Below, in pieces: positions 16,754 through 26,904 of a stretch of 64,000 nucleotides of DNA. The position numbers were made by a program, and so were the translations under genes. The notes beneath the pieces were generated by a model. The model was not told where the DNA came from and made no database searches. It saw nothing but the letters and a program-made list of their open reading frames with translations. The DNA comes from a virus. The number at the start of each line of letters is the position of its first letter. Within the stretch, counting starts at the first letter, position 1. The stretch is taken from the IMG/VR virus record IMGVR_UViG_3300020429_000529, positions 198,762 through 262,761 of that record; one strand, 5' to 3'.

Positions 16754-17675
16754 TCTCGCTGATGGGCGGATCGAATGCTCGCTCTGTCCGATCCGCTGCA
16801 AGCTCCGTGAGGGACAGCGAGGCCGTTGCATGGCTCGGTACTCGGATGGTCAGTCGATCCTCTTAGAAGCCCCTCAGATCAGTTCTGCGGCTATCGAGCC
16901 GATCGAGAAGAAACCTCTCTATCACTACAAGCCCAATCTTCGAACTCTGTCGTTCGGAGGTTATGGCTGCAACATGTCCTGCGATTTTTGTCAGAACTGG
17001 ATGGTTTCGCAAGAGAAGCCTTCTGATCTGATGGACGGCTATCAGCTTATCAGTATGGCCCGAGAGCATGAATGCGATGCTCTCTGTATGACATACAACG
17101 AGCCGCTGATCTACTTTGAGTTCTTAGATTTCCTGCGACAGTCTTGGGATCAAGATCTGGTCATCAAAACCAATGCCTATTGCGAGGCCGATCCATGGTC
17201 TGAGGTCTGCGATTGGGTCGATGCCATGAATATCGACTGGAAGGGCTCTGAGGCTCGCTACAGGGCTGTCGCAAAGACAGATGGGGCGACGACCCTTCGA
17301 CGCATCGAAGAGGCTCTGGCGGCGTCTGTGCATGTCGAGATCAGCGTTCCTGTCTATCTTGATGGAGAGGATGACGAGTACCTCGATTTTGCTGATTGGT
17401 TGTCGAGCCTCGATCGATCAACGCCTATCCATCTGCTCAAGCTCTTTCCCGCATTCAGGAACGTGTCGCAGCCTGCTACTCCCGACAAGAAGATCTCTCG
17501 TATCCGAGATGCGATGCTTGAGCGTCTTGATTACGTCTATGCTCACAATATCTTTGGCGAAGCTGGACGAGAGATGAAGAGAACCATCTGCAGATCTTGC
17601 GGGCAAAAAATCGCTGATCGGACGGGTCTTCGTACCGAGTTTTCTGTCTGTGGATGCGGCACGATTAGGACATAA
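16692..17675 (+). CDS. radical SAM enzyme (PflA / AmmeMemoRadiSam-like)
   Basis: The CNMSCDFCQNW CxxxCxxC cluster and an N-terminal Cys motif (CSLCPIRCKL...GRC) resemble PFL-activating-enzyme-like radical SAM proteins. It lies inside the glycan island. The start is uncertain (16692 or 16713). Confidence 0.65.
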   Translation: MRKLRTKMAPSVSVCGSTSIDLADGRIECSLCPIRCKLREGQRGRCMARYSDGQSILLEAPQISSAAIEPIEKKPLYHYKPNLRTLSFGGYGCNMSCDFCQNWMVSQEKPSDLMDGYQLISMAREHECDALCMTYNEPLIYFEFLDFLRQSWDQDLVIKTNAYCEADPWSEVCDWVDAMNIDWKGSEARYRAVAKTDGATTLRRIEEALAASVHVEISVPVYLDGEDDEYLDFADWLSSLDRSTPIHLLKLFPAFRNVSQPATPDKKISRIRDAMLERLDYVYAHNIFGEAGREMKRTICRSCGQKIADRTGLRTEFSVCGCGTIRT

Positions 17676-17718
17676 ACCGCTTCTGGACGATACATGAGTA
17701 TCGTACCTGGGAGCAAGT

Positions 17719-18771
17719 ATGTCTAAACTCGATATCTTTCATGTCATACCGACGCTGTTTCCGTATGGGGCATATAGCTCGCTCTCGGAACTCCATTACG
17801 CAATCGACAAGTATTACGGAGACGTTGGACAATATATCTTGTCTCTGAAAGACGAGAATCATAAGGGGATGTTCGAACTCCCTCACAAGATCGTTCCATT
17901 GAGCGGTCTCAAAGCGAAGATCCAATCCAAGTCAACGAATCCGGTTGTCTTTTTTCACAAGCTCTCAGCGACAGATTGCAAGCCTGTGTCCGCTGTTCTT
18001 TACAATGACATACCCTTTGTCATTGTAAATCATACGCAGACTAATAAGCCGAGAGGTTTTGCTCGCAACAATGGTATCGTTGCGGTGTCCGATCATATGT
18101 ACCAAACATTGTCAAAGGGCTTCAAGGGATTCAATTTTCATCGTATCCGAAATGGCGTCAACGGCGAACGCTATGAGAACATCGAGCCCTATTACCCTGA
18201 CGAAGTTGAAGGCTACTTTGTTACGGGTCGGATGAACAACTTCAATGGATGCAAGCATCCGAACGACTGGATCCCGTGGGTCAAGGCGACTTGGATCGGC
18301 TCTCCTCATTGGCATGACTATCTTGGCGACGGTCAATACTTTCAACGAGCCAGTCAGCAGGCCAACAAGCGGGGTCGATCAGCCATGCGACCCAATGTCT
18401 GCAATATGCCAGGTCGAATCAACGGCTTCAAAGACAAGGTTGCCTATCTGAAGCGATGGCAAGTATTCTTGTACGAGATCCGAGGAACTGAAGGTACGAG
18501 CATGGCTCTTCTCGAAGCGCTTGCTTGCGGAATCCCTGCCATCATCAACAACAAGCCAGGAAACCATGAGATTGTCACAAAGAAGGTCAATGGCTATGTC
18601 TACAACAGCAGAGAACAACTGCTTGCAAAGATAAAATACCTGGTTGAAAACCCAGCCTATCTTGAAGACTTGAGCGCCAGCACGAAGGCCAACTTTGATG
18701 CCAAGCTCGACGCAAGGTACATGGCGAAAGAATACGTCGATCTGGCGAAGAAGGTCATCAATGAGTTCTGA
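17719..18771 (+). CDS. GT-B glycosyltransferase (GT4-like)
   Basis: The C-terminal EGTSMALLEALACGIPAIINN motif is typical of the GT1/GT4 retaining glycosyltransferases. Confidence 0.65.
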   Translation: MSKLDIFHVIPTLFPYGAYSSLSELHYAIDKYYGDVGQYILSLKDENHKGMFELPHKIVPLSGLKAKIQSKSTNPVVFFHKLSATDCKPVSAVLYNDIPFVIVNHTQTNKPRGFARNNGIVAVSDHMYQTLSKGFKGFNFHRIRNGVNGERYENIEPYYPDEVEGYFVTGRMNNFNGCKHPNDWIPWVKATWIGSPHWHDYLGDGQYFQRASQQANKRGRSAMRPNVCNMPGRINGFKDKVAYLKRWQVFLYEIRGTEGTSMALLEALACGIPAIINNKPGNHEIVTKKVNGYVYNSREQLLAKIKYLVENPAYLEDLSASTKANFDAKLDARYMAKEYVDLAKKVINEF

Positions 18772-19540
18772 GAAGCCTCTGTTCTCTATTTTGACCTGCT
18801 CCTACAATCAGAAGCAGTTCCAAGGTGTTTGGCTGAAGTCCGTGTTGCGTCAGGACTATCGACCTCTTGAGGTTGTGTTTGTTGATGATTGCTCCGATAC
18901 AAACGATGCAAAAGCTCTTGAGAAGCATCGCAAGCTATTCGAGGATGCAGGTATAGATCTCACGATTCATCGCAATCAAGACAGTCTCTACTGCGCCTCT
19001 TCTTACCTTGAGGCTCTGCGTCTTGCTAAAGGAGACTACTTCGGGGTTGTTGACGCTGATGATGCTTTGACTGAGGGATCTGTTTCGGCTGTCATGAAGT
19101 GCTATCTCAAGCATCCTGATGTTGGCTTTATCTATACGCAGTTTGATTGGTGTAACTCTGAAATGGGAAACTGCCGCAGGGGATTCTGCAGACAACCAGC
19201 AAGGGGTCGTAATCTGTTGACGGGAGAGAAGAGTCCGCAGTCAAGGCATTGCTATTCTCACTGGCGGACGTTTAGGCGGCTTCCTGATATTGAGTCGATT
19301 TTCAAGCCAAGGTTGAGATGTTCAGTTGACAAGTATATGGGCTACCGTCTTGAGGAGTTGGCTCCAGGAGTCTTCTTAAATCGGGTATGTTACAAGTATC
19401 GTAACGGCGTATCTTCGGGGGTAACTCAAAACGAAAAGTCGATAGAAACATGGAAGTCGGTACGAAGAGAAGTCATGCGGCGCAGAAAAGCCAATCAAAC
19501 CAAGGTCTATCCAATCAGGACAATACAGACTAAACGATGA
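18761..19540 (+). CDS. GT2 family glycosyltransferase
   Basis: FSILTCSYNQ ... VVFVDDCSDTND is the GT-A N-terminal signature. The ORF track starts at 18695; the ATG at 18761 overlaps the upstream stop. Confidence 0.65.
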   Translation: MSSEKPLFSILTCSYNQKQFQGVWLKSVLRQDYRPLEVVFVDDCSDTNDAKALEKHRKLFEDAGIDLTIHRNQDSLYCASSYLEALRLAKGDYFGVVDADDALTEGSVSAVMKCYLKHPDVGFIYTQFDWCNSEMGNCRRGFCRQPARGRNLLTGEKSPQSRHCYSHWRTFRRLPDIESIFKPRLRCSVDKYMGYRLEELAPGVFLNRVCYKYRNGVSSGVTQNEKSIETWKSVRREVMRRRKANQTKVYPIRTIQTKR

Positions 19541-20478
19541 GACTATCGCTATCAAGAAGTTTGAAAGGCGACCGAGGAGTAAATCACTTCATGCGTCGTC
19601 TCGTGAAGCATCTGAAGTCAGATTACGATGTCAAGATTGTAGATGCCAAGGCTCCGTCTGATATCCATCTGGCAGTCATCAGCGGCATCAAGCCTGGCAC
19701 AAAGAACGTCTTGCGTCTGGATGGCGTCTACTATGACGTTGGTCGTCTCAAGATGAATGTCCCCATTCTGAAGGCTCTCAAGGCCGCAGATGGAGTTGTC
19801 TACCAGAGCGCATGGTGTCAGACATTCGTTCAGAAGATGCTCAGAGCAAAGCCTCGTAGTTCTACGGTTGTATGGAACGGCGTCGATCAGTCTCAGTTCA
19901 AGCTCCCGAAGCAGAAGAACCCCCATGGCTTTGATAAGGTGTTCGTCTCATGCGCTCACTGGCGACCCAATAAAAGACCTGAAGCTATGGCTGAGGCCTT
20001 CATCCAGGCCAACAATCTGACTGATTTGAACTTGGGTTTCTACTTCATAGGTAAGGTTGAAAAGCGAGCCAAAGTCGATCATCCCAATATCATCTACCAC
20101 GGGACGGTCTCGAATGACTCTTTACCGGAGTTGTATTCTCAATCAGACTACATGGTTCACATTTGTCACATTGATGCCTGCCCCAACTCGGTTGTCGAGG
20201 GGCTTTCGGCAGGGCTGCCTGTCTTGAGCAACAACTTGTCGGGCACTCCTGAGATTGTTGGCAAGAGCGGAATCATTCTTCCGATCGACAAGCCATTTAA
20301 CTTCAAACCGTTGCATGATATCAACTCGGTCGGGTCATCCTCTGTAAGGATCAAGACTCTGCGACAAGGCATGCTGAGCATGCTTGATAAAGATTGGAAC
20401 ATAGAAAGACCAGACCTCGATATCAAGGTCTCGGCGAGGAAGTATTATGACTACTTCTGCGAAATCCTCAAGTCCTAA
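19537..20478 (+). CDS. GT-B glycosyltransferase (GT1/GT4-like)
   Basis: CPNSVVEGLSAGLPVLSNN C-terminal GT-B motif. Confidence 0.6.
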   Translation: MRLSLSRSLKGDRGVNHFMRRLVKHLKSDYDVKIVDAKAPSDIHLAVISGIKPGTKNVLRLDGVYYDVGRLKMNVPILKALKAADGVVYQSAWCQTFVQKMLRAKPRSSTVVWNGVDQSQFKLPKQKNPHGFDKVFVSCAHWRPNKRPEAMAEAFIQANNLTDLNLGFYFIGKVEKRAKVDHPNIIYHGTVSNDSLPELYSQSDYMVHICHIDACPNSVVEGLSAGLPVLSNNLSGTPEIVGKSGIILPIDKPFNFKPLHDINSVGSSSVRIKTLRQGMLSMLDKDWNIERPDLDIKVSARKYYDYFCEILKS

Positions 20479-21271
20479 GACGACTATCGTTGTTTCGAAC
20501 TACAACTACAAGCGGTACGTCGGTGCGTGCCTTGAAAGCTGCGCGAAACAGACAAACCCTTGCAAGGTCATTATTGTTGATGATTGTTCGACCGATAGTT
20601 CTTGGCAGGTTATCAAGAAGACCATTGACGAGAATCCTCATTTCTCTGCAATCCGACTGAACGCAAACAGCGGAGGCAACGCCAGGGGCAAGAACGTCGG
20701 TATCTTCTATGCGAAGACCCCATATATCATGTGTCTCGATTCTGATGATGCTCTTGTTCCGAAGGCAATTGAGAAGCTTGAAGACAGTATCGAGGGCGTT
20801 GATATTGTCCATGGCAAGGCTCGTCGAGTCGAGACAACAGTCGATACCTTCAAGGGGATGATGGCGAAAAAGTATCAGACCTGGGAACGATACGAAAAGT
20901 TTGAAAACACTCCCGAAGACAGCATCGAATGGTATAAGTGCATGGAGGCCTCAACCATCCTTGTTCGTCGAAATGTCTATGAGCATGTAGGTCTTTTTAA
21001 CGAAGACCTGAAGTGGAAGATAGACAGAGAGATGTGGTATAGAGCAATCAACGAGGGACATTCTCGTCGATTCCTTGATCTCCATGTTTCTCTCTATCGA
21101 GGTCATCCGCAGCAGATTACAAGAAACCCGAAGAGGAAGAAGCCGCTCAAGATTGACGAGAAGTTTGAGCAGATTATCCGTTCGTATGGAACCAAAACCG
21201 ACAAGAGGCTTTCGTTGGACTCGTACAACCCCGAACCTCATGTCCTTAAGACCATTGGGGCACCTCTCTAA
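20447..21271 (+). CDS. GT2 family glycosyltransferase
   Basis: TIVVSNYNYKRYVGACLESCAKQTNPCKVIIVDDCSTDSS is the GT-A signature. Confidence 0.65.
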   Translation: MTTSAKSSSPKTTIVVSNYNYKRYVGACLESCAKQTNPCKVIIVDDCSTDSSWQVIKKTIDENPHFSAIRLNANSGGNARGKNVGIFYAKTPYIMCLDSDDALVPKAIEKLEDSIEGVDIVHGKARRVETTVDTFKGMMAKKYQTWERYEKFENTPEDSIEWYKCMEASTILVRRNVYEHVGLFNEDLKWKIDREMWYRAINEGHSRRFLDLHVSLYRGHPQQITRNPKRKKPLKIDEKFEQIIRSYGTKTDKRLSLDSYNPEPHVLKTIGAPL

Positions 21272-21273
21272 GT

Positions 21274-22134
21274 ATGGAATACTTCAAGCTCATCAACGGA
21301 CAGACAGGACGGAACACGGGCTACATCATGGTCCGTCGTCCTCCTATCAATAGGAAGCGCTGGAAAGAAGTCCAGAAGAGATACGAAGGCAAGATCATCG
21401 GCATTTCTTGCAATCGTGATTTCCCTCGCAAGAGTCCCGATGTTGTAGACGTAGCTTCGGGCTGGTTGCATGTCTTCCGAGATCCGCAGGCGCATGGAAT
21501 ACCTGAGTCAATGCCTCAGATGCTATTGGGCGAATCGGACTTCGTTTCCGTTGATAAGAGGTTTGTCACAAAGAAGAAACGCTTTGACTTCTACTATGTC
21601 TGTCTTGGTTCTTCTTCGCAACGTCGCTCCAAGAACTTCAAGCTCTTTCAAGCGAGTCTCCCAATTCTCTGCGGAGAACTTGGACTAAGAGGCGTCGTCA
21701 TCGGTATGAAGCAGTTCAAGGACATGGAGCAATGGAATAGTTATCTCACATGGACGGGCCGCAGACGACCAAGCGAAGTTTTCAACTACATTGGTCAGTC
21801 TCGGTTTGGCTTCTTTCCAAACGTAACAGACGCATCCCCAAAGGCCCTTACCGAGGGCTTTGCTCTCAATGTGCCGTCGCTTGTCAACAACAAGATCTAC
21901 GGAGGCTGGAAATACATAGACGACCAGACTACTGGTCATTTCTTCAATCCGGATCTGACAGATCTCAAGGAGAAGGCTAAGCTCATAACAGCAGGCCACT
22001 ACTCCGCAAGGGATACTTTCTACAAGGACTGGGGGACCAAGAATGCCAGCCGTAAACTTGGCAAGTTTCTCCGAGATATCTACGGTAAGCAAGGTCTGAA
22101 GAAAGTGTATATCCAAAAAGCGCAGAAGGTGTAA
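21274..22134 (+). CDS. putative GT-B-like glycosyltransferase / hypothetical
   Basis: The C-terminal FGFFPNVTDASPKALTEGFALNVPSLV resembles the GT-B E-x7-E region. Weak call. Confidence 0.35.
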   Translation: MEYFKLINGQTGRNTGYIMVRRPPINRKRWKEVQKRYEGKIIGISCNRDFPRKSPDVVDVASGWLHVFRDPQAHGIPESMPQMLLGESDFVSVDKRFVTKKKRFDFYYVCLGSSSQRRSKNFKLFQASLPILCGELGLRGVVIGMKQFKDMEQWNSYLTWTGRRRPSEVFNYIGQSRFGFFPNVTDASPKALTEGFALNVPSLVNNKIYGGWKYIDDQTTGHFFNPDLTDLKEKAKLITAGHYSARDTFYKDWGTKNASRKLGKFLRDIYGKQGLKKVYIQKAQKV

Positions 22135-22135
22135 G

Positions 22136-22894
22136 ATGAGCGATAAGCCACTTGTATCCATTGTGATACCTCTTTACAACTATGCTCGGTACGTTTCAGA
22201 TTGCTTGAAGTCTGTTCTGTCTCAAACGCATCAGAACATCGAAGTCATTGTCATTGACGACTGTTCAAGCGATAATCCAAAGAAGGTCATCAAGCCTTTT
22301 CTTGAGACAGATAGTCGGCTGCAGTTTCACAAGAACGACAGCAATCGAGGCGTAAGCTTTACACGGAATCGAGGCATCAGGATGTGCAAGGGAAGTTACA
22401 TCTGCTATATCGATGCCGATGACATGATGACTTTGAAATCGATTGAGCTAAGGCTTGCAAAGCTTCAAGCGTCTGAGAGGATATGGGTCCATGGCAGGGT
22501 CTATGACCTCATTAATGGCAAGAGGGTGCCCGACAAGAGCTTCCATGGTATTCAGAAACAGTATCGCTCTGCGATGCCGAAGCCTGTAACCCGATATGCG
22601 AAATCGGTTCATTCTCAATCTGTTCTTGTTGAGCGAGAGTTCTTCAAGATACTTGGTATGTTCGAAGAGGATATCCATTACGGAGAAGAGCAAGACTTAT
22701 GGCGTCGGGCTCTTGCCTTTGGTTATCATCCTGAATACGTTAGCGACTTTGTTGCGGTTCATAGAAATCACAAGCAGCAAACCAGATTTGGCAAGTATAG
22801 GCCAAGAAAAGAAGAGTGGTACAAAGAGTCTGAGCGACGACTGAAGATCAGGCTAAAGAACGGTATTACAGCCGAGAACACGATATTGCTATGA
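22136..22894 (+). CDS. GT2 family glycosyltransferase
   Basis: VSIVIPLYNYARYVSDCLKSVLSQTHQNIEVIVIDDCSSDN and a DAD (DxD) motif. Confidence 0.65.
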   Translation: MSDKPLVSIVIPLYNYARYVSDCLKSVLSQTHQNIEVIVIDDCSSDNPKKVIKPFLETDSRLQFHKNDSNRGVSFTRNRGIRMCKGSYICYIDADDMMTLKSIELRLAKLQASERIWVHGRVYDLINGKRVPDKSFHGIQKQYRSAMPKPVTRYAKSVHSQSVLVEREFFKILGMFEEDIHYGEEQDLWRRALAFGYHPEYVSDFVAVHRNHKQQTRFGKYRPRKEEWYKESERRLKIRLKNGITAENTILL

Positions 22895-23508
22895 TCGTAC
22901 ACGGAAAGAGATGCATCTTCATACATATCAACCGCTGCGCCGGGAACAGCATGGAGGAGATTCTGCGCCCCTTCACTCAGGGTAAGTTTGGGCTTCAATC
23001 TCCGTATCCAAGTCGGTCAGCCAAACATCTCAATGCTATTGAGCATCGCAATGCTGCTCACAGGTTAGCATGGCGAGATTACTACAAGTTCTCTTTTGTG
23101 AGGAATCCTTGGGACAAAATGCTTTCGTACTATCTTCTCAAGAGGCGAGACAACAAAGACTTCAAGAAACAGTACCGAACGTTCGACGACTGGATCAAGT
23201 CGGATTTCTTTACTCTCAAGCTTCCTTACATGCATACTTATCGTCATCGCAAGTTTACCAATCAGATCGATTGGCTCACAAACGAGCGAGGTCAGAATCA
23301 GATGAACTTCGTAGGCAGGTTTGAGACGATAGCAAAGGACTGGGCAACGGTTGCGGCCAGAATCGGCGTCGATCGAAAACTTCCTCACACCAACAAGACA
23401 AGTCACGATCATTATTCTTGCTACTATGACGATGAAAGCATAGAGATTGTTCGAAAGCTATTTGAGAAAGACATAGCGTACTTCAGGTACGATTTCGAGG
23501 AGGCCTGA
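22891..23508 (+). CDS. carbohydrate sulfotransferase (Sulfotransfer_2-like)
   Basis: CIFIHINRCAGNSMEEIL is the 5'-PSB-like motif (compare IFIHIPKTGGTS). VRNPWDKMLSYY is the 3'-PB motif (compare RDPxxRxxSxY). Confidence 0.6.
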   Translation: MIVHGKRCIFIHINRCAGNSMEEILRPFTQGKFGLQSPYPSRSAKHLNAIEHRNAAHRLAWRDYYKFSFVRNPWDKMLSYYLLKRRDNKDFKKQYRTFDDWIKSDFFTLKLPYMHTYRHRKFTNQIDWLTNERGQNQMNFVGRFETIAKDWATVAARIGVDRKLPHTNKTSHDHYSCYYDDESIEIVRKLFEKDIAYFRYDFEEA

Positions 23509-24140
23509 TGCTATTTCAGTGTAGGACAAAGCTCAAGAATGCAATGGATGATCCCAAGATCCGAAGCGTGCTTGAAATAGGCAGCGGCCTAAATGCTACT
23601 CCGGTCATCGTCAAGAAGTTTGATCGAGGAGCTATCGACCGCTATGTTTCTCTTGAAACAAGTTCCGAATGGGCTGAGAAGGTCAACGGCAAGTGCAAGA
23701 GAGAAGTCGTCACGCTGGCGGACTTTGGCTTCGACAAAGAACGAGGCATCTTTGCGTATGACTACAGCAGCGTTTACAAGTTTGATCTCATCTTCGTAGA
23801 TGGGCCTGGCAAGCTTCAGGGAGACGACTATAGCGCTGCGGTCAAGCTCTGCGAACAATCAGACTTTTGTTTGAGTTCTCCTACCGCTGCTGGTATCCAG
23901 TCCATCCATATGATCGAGGCATTCCGCAGCAACATCCATGACGATACGGTTATCATGGTAGACGGTCGCAGGGCGGCTGTCCTCTATTATCTGAGCAGGT
24001 ATCAGGATGAGTTTGATTTCTTCTTTGGCGGGACTCCGTATCCCAAGAAGCGACTCAAGGAAATACTGAAACCAGAGTTTCGCCATCTCGCTAAATTCAA
24101 TGTCGGAGAAATCACGACCATGGTAAGGAAGAAGAAGTGA
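23508..24140 (+). CDS. putative class I SAM-dependent O-methyltransferase (Methyltransf_24-like)
   Basis: VLEIGSGLN motif I and DLIFVDGPG (compare DLIFIDGDH). Confidence 0.45.
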   Translation: MLFQCRTKLKNAMDDPKIRSVLEIGSGLNATPVIVKKFDRGAIDRYVSLETSSEWAEKVNGKCKREVVTLADFGFDKERGIFAYDYSSVYKFDLIFVDGPGKLQGDDYSAAVKLCEQSDFCLSSPTAAGIQSIHMIEAFRSNIHDDTVIMVDGRRAAVLYYLSRYQDEFDFFFGGTPYPKKRLKEILKPEFRHLAKFNVGEITTMVRKKK

Positions 24141-24787
24141 GAGTATTTGACTTTAGCACAGCAAGGCAAGCCGATGCGGTTGTTGTGATCGGCGGCGGTC
24201 CAACCGCAGGCAGACGGCTGCCAGATGCTCGAAAGTTCGCAGAAGAACGAGGCGCTCTCGTCTATTCGGCCAACTATGAGCATGACGATTTGCCTTCAGA
24301 TTACATCTGCTTCGCTACGCCATCGAAGTTCAAAGAGTGTCTCAACAAGAAACCGAACTGCAAAGATCTTGTTGTTCGAGACAAGGTGGCTCCAAAGACC
24401 AAGAGGTATCCTGGGTACAACTATTACCAGTTCTGCTCGCAAGACGCCAGCGATGGGGCATATTCGATCAAGAGCATCCCCTTGACAAAGTATGGTCATT
24501 TCCCCCTTTACAACATTGGTAACGCTGGCTTTTCAACCATAGCCCTCGCTTGCTTGAGCAGACCCAAGGATATGCTTCTTGTTGGCTTTGATGGATTGAG
24601 AGACGAAAGCAGTAAGCTCACATACGAAAACAAAGTCATGGCGTATCCTGCAAAGAAGGGCGCTGACAAGAAGATCTACTTCGGCAAGGTCATTCTTCAG
24701 TTTGCCCTTGATAGGGGCATACGGTTGCATGCCTTTGAGGATGACGCCCTATGGGGATGGCAGAGTAAGGCAAATATCATCGCATGA
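24137..24787 (+). CDS. DUF115/GT42-like protein, paralog 3
   Basis: VVVIGGGPTAG ... LLVGFDGLRDE has the same GxGPS + GxDG architecture as the 12727 and 13512 genes. Confidence 0.4.
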   Translation: MRVFDFSTARQADAVVVIGGGPTAGRRLPDARKFAEERGALVYSANYEHDDLPSDYICFATPSKFKECLNKKPNCKDLVVRDKVAPKTKRYPGYNYYQFCSQDASDGAYSIKSIPLTKYGHFPLYNIGNAGFSTIALACLSRPKDMLLVGFDGLRDESSKLTYENKVMAYPAKKGADKKIYFGKVILQFALDRGIRLHAFEDDALWGWQSKANIIA

Positions 24788-25443
24788 AGAATGTAAGCTA
24801 CGACATTTTCAAGCCTGTTGATTCGGTAATCATCATGGCTGCGGGACCATCTATCAGCAGTAACTTTGATGGTATACGCAGGTTCCAGGCGGAGAATCCT
24901 GATCACGTGGTTCTTGCTTGCAACTATGATTTTCCGATTGATGCGGAGTATACGGTCTTCATAGACAATGGCAGATATCGCAGGTTCATCGATTCGATTC
25001 GTAGCCCCAACATCATCATTGCTCCCTACTTTGGGCCTTGGCTTAAGAAGAAGCACTTCACGGCAGATCGTACCTTCTACAAGCTAAAATGGAATGCTGA
25101 CGTACAGCCATATGACGTAAGCGGAATTCTCGTCAACAAAGATGGCAGTACGGGTCATAAGCTTGGCAACTGCGGAATGACATGCTTGTATCTTGCTCAC
25201 ATGTTTAGGCCAACCAAGGTTCTTGTTGCTGGTCTCGACGGCCCTCAGCCTGACAATAAGACTGTCAAGCATTTCAACAATATCACAAGGACTTGGACTA
25301 AGAAAGACATCGATCGAGTAGATCCGAAGAAGAAGTACCTTCGAAAGCTTGTCAAGTTTTTGCGAGCAAGAGGTGCGGAGACTTACACGTTTAGTAACTG
25401 TCCTTTTTGGGAACAGCAGAGCATAGCGAGGATTTGGGAATGA
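24784..25443 (+). CDS. DUF115/GT42-like protein, paralog 4
   Basis: VIIMAAGPSISS ... VLVAGLDGPQPDN. Confidence 0.4.
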   Translation: MKNVSYDIFKPVDSVIIMAAGPSISSNFDGIRRFQAENPDHVVLACNYDFPIDAEYTVFIDNGRYRRFIDSIRSPNIIIAPYFGPWLKKKHFTADRTFYKLKWNADVQPYDVSGILVNKDGSTGHKLGNCGMTCLYLAHMFRPTKVLVAGLDGPQPDNKTVKHFNNITRTWTKKDIDRVDPKKKYLRKLVKFLRARGAETYTFSNCPFWEQQSIARIWE

Positions 25444-26102
25444 GCCTGGTAGAGGCATTCATCTTCACTAATGGAGCAGAAATTGCCAAGCATTGCGAGC
25501 AATGCCTGAAGGCGCAGACGGTTCCCTGCCCATATCGCATTATACAAGGCAAGTCTCTGTTGGATGCGATACAGTTTGCCATGGAAGAGAGCGTATCGGA
25601 TTTCTTCATCAAGCTCGATGATGACATGTTGCTTCATCCGAGAGCGATTGAGTATCTAACTCCGAGGCTAAGGGTCTGTAGAGAGCGACGAAATCTCGCT
25701 ATGTACGGATGCAGGCTATGGGAGCCTTGGGGCAATAGGACAATTCGTTGCATCAAGGCATACAAGACCAAGGCTTGTCGAGACATTGGTTTTCGATCAG
25801 ACAAGAGAGGCAAGATAGATCGCGCCTTTGTTGCCGATATGACTCAGAAGGGGTACAGGCATCTGCAGGATCGAAGCGTGATTGCCGTTCATGGTTTGAG
25901 ATCGCTTTCGGATCAGCAGCAGTATCGTCGGCTTTGGGCCAGGAATGCTGGCAAGACCGTTTCTGAACTAAGATCGGTAGACAAGGATCAGACTCGCATT
26001 GTCTCAGTCGTTCCTTCATACAAAAAACAGGTCAAATGGATTCGCAAAATTGACACTGTAAACGAGAAGACCAAGTTTGGCAAGTTGCTAAGAGATGGGT
26101 AA
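25440..26102 (+). CDS. putative GT-A-like glycosyltransferase / hypothetical
   Basis: N-terminal layout with IKLDDDMLLHP (DxD-like). The ORF track starts at 25407. Weak call. Confidence 0.3.
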   Translation: MSLVEAFIFTNGAEIAKHCEQCLKAQTVPCPYRIIQGKSLLDAIQFAMEESVSDFFIKLDDDMLLHPRAIEYLTPRLRVCRERRNLAMYGCRLWEPWGNRTIRCIKAYKTKACRDIGFRSDKRGKIDRAFVADMTQKGYRHLQDRSVIAVHGLRSLSDQQQYRRLWARNAGKTVSELRSVDKDQTRIVSVVPSYKKQVKWIRKIDTVNEKTKFGKLLRDG

Positions 26103-26904
26103 TCGCATACGACAACTTTTCACGTTTCCTCAGGTTCAGCATCTACATGATCGGCTGAAGGCGAGGTACGGTCTTGAGGATCGGGCGACTAAGAAGGCTC
26201 CGATGATTTCCTTCGGCTGCTATCCTGGTAGCAAGAAAGAGATCCAGATGTTACTTAAGCAGCAGGATCTTGTCGTTGTCGTTTGGGCCGGTAGCGATGC
26301 CATGTATATGAGAATGCCCAAGCATCGCGAGATGATGAAGGCGGTCAAGAAGGCATCTCATTTCCGTCATATCGCTATCTCTCAATACATTGTCAAAGAC
26401 CTCAAAGCTCTCGGGATACGCCATGAGTTTCTCCCGGTTTCGCAGGTCAACGAATCAATGTTTTCGCCCGAGCCTATGGGGGACAGTATCTTCTTCTACG
26501 ATTCAGTTTCATCTCGTAAGAGCGTTTTCTATGGAAGCGAGATTGTCAAGGAGATCAAGGCCAAGATGCCTGGCGTCAAGTTTGTCTCGGGCGCTCAGGC
26601 AGGTAAGACTCATGTTTCATACGCATCAATGCCCGATGTCTATCGGAAGTGCTTCTTAGGACTAAGGCCGACCCCTCATGATGGTTTGCCGAATACGGCG
26701 GTTGAACTCGGCCTCATGGGACGGAGATGCATTTGCAATCATGAGCTACCAAACTGCCTTCGCTACAGAGATGTCAAAGACATCATGGAGATTATCGAGC
26801 GAGAGCAGGGTCGTATTGGTCAAACGGATATTGAGACGGCTGAAAAGATGAAACGATACATCAGTATACCTGATGATTGGCTAAATGAGGATCACTATGG
26901 CTGA
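26095..26904 (+). CDS. hypothetical protein, possibly glycosyltransferase-like
   Basis: GLRPTPHDGLPNTAVELGLMGRRCICN is weakly like a GT-B C-terminal segment. Confidence 0.3.
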   Translation: MGNRIRQLFTFPQVQHLHDRLKARYGLEDRATKKAPMISFGCYPGSKKEIQMLLKQQDLVVVVWAGSDAMYMRMPKHREMMKAVKKASHFRHIAISQYIVKDLKALGIRHEFLPVSQVNESMFSPEPMGDSIFFYDSVSSRKSVFYGSEIVKEIKAKMPGVKFVSGAQAGKTHVSYASMPDVYRKCFLGLRPTPHDGLPNTAVELGLMGRRCICNHELPNCLRYRDVKDIMEIIEREQGRIGQTDIETAEKMKRYISIPDDWLNEDHYG

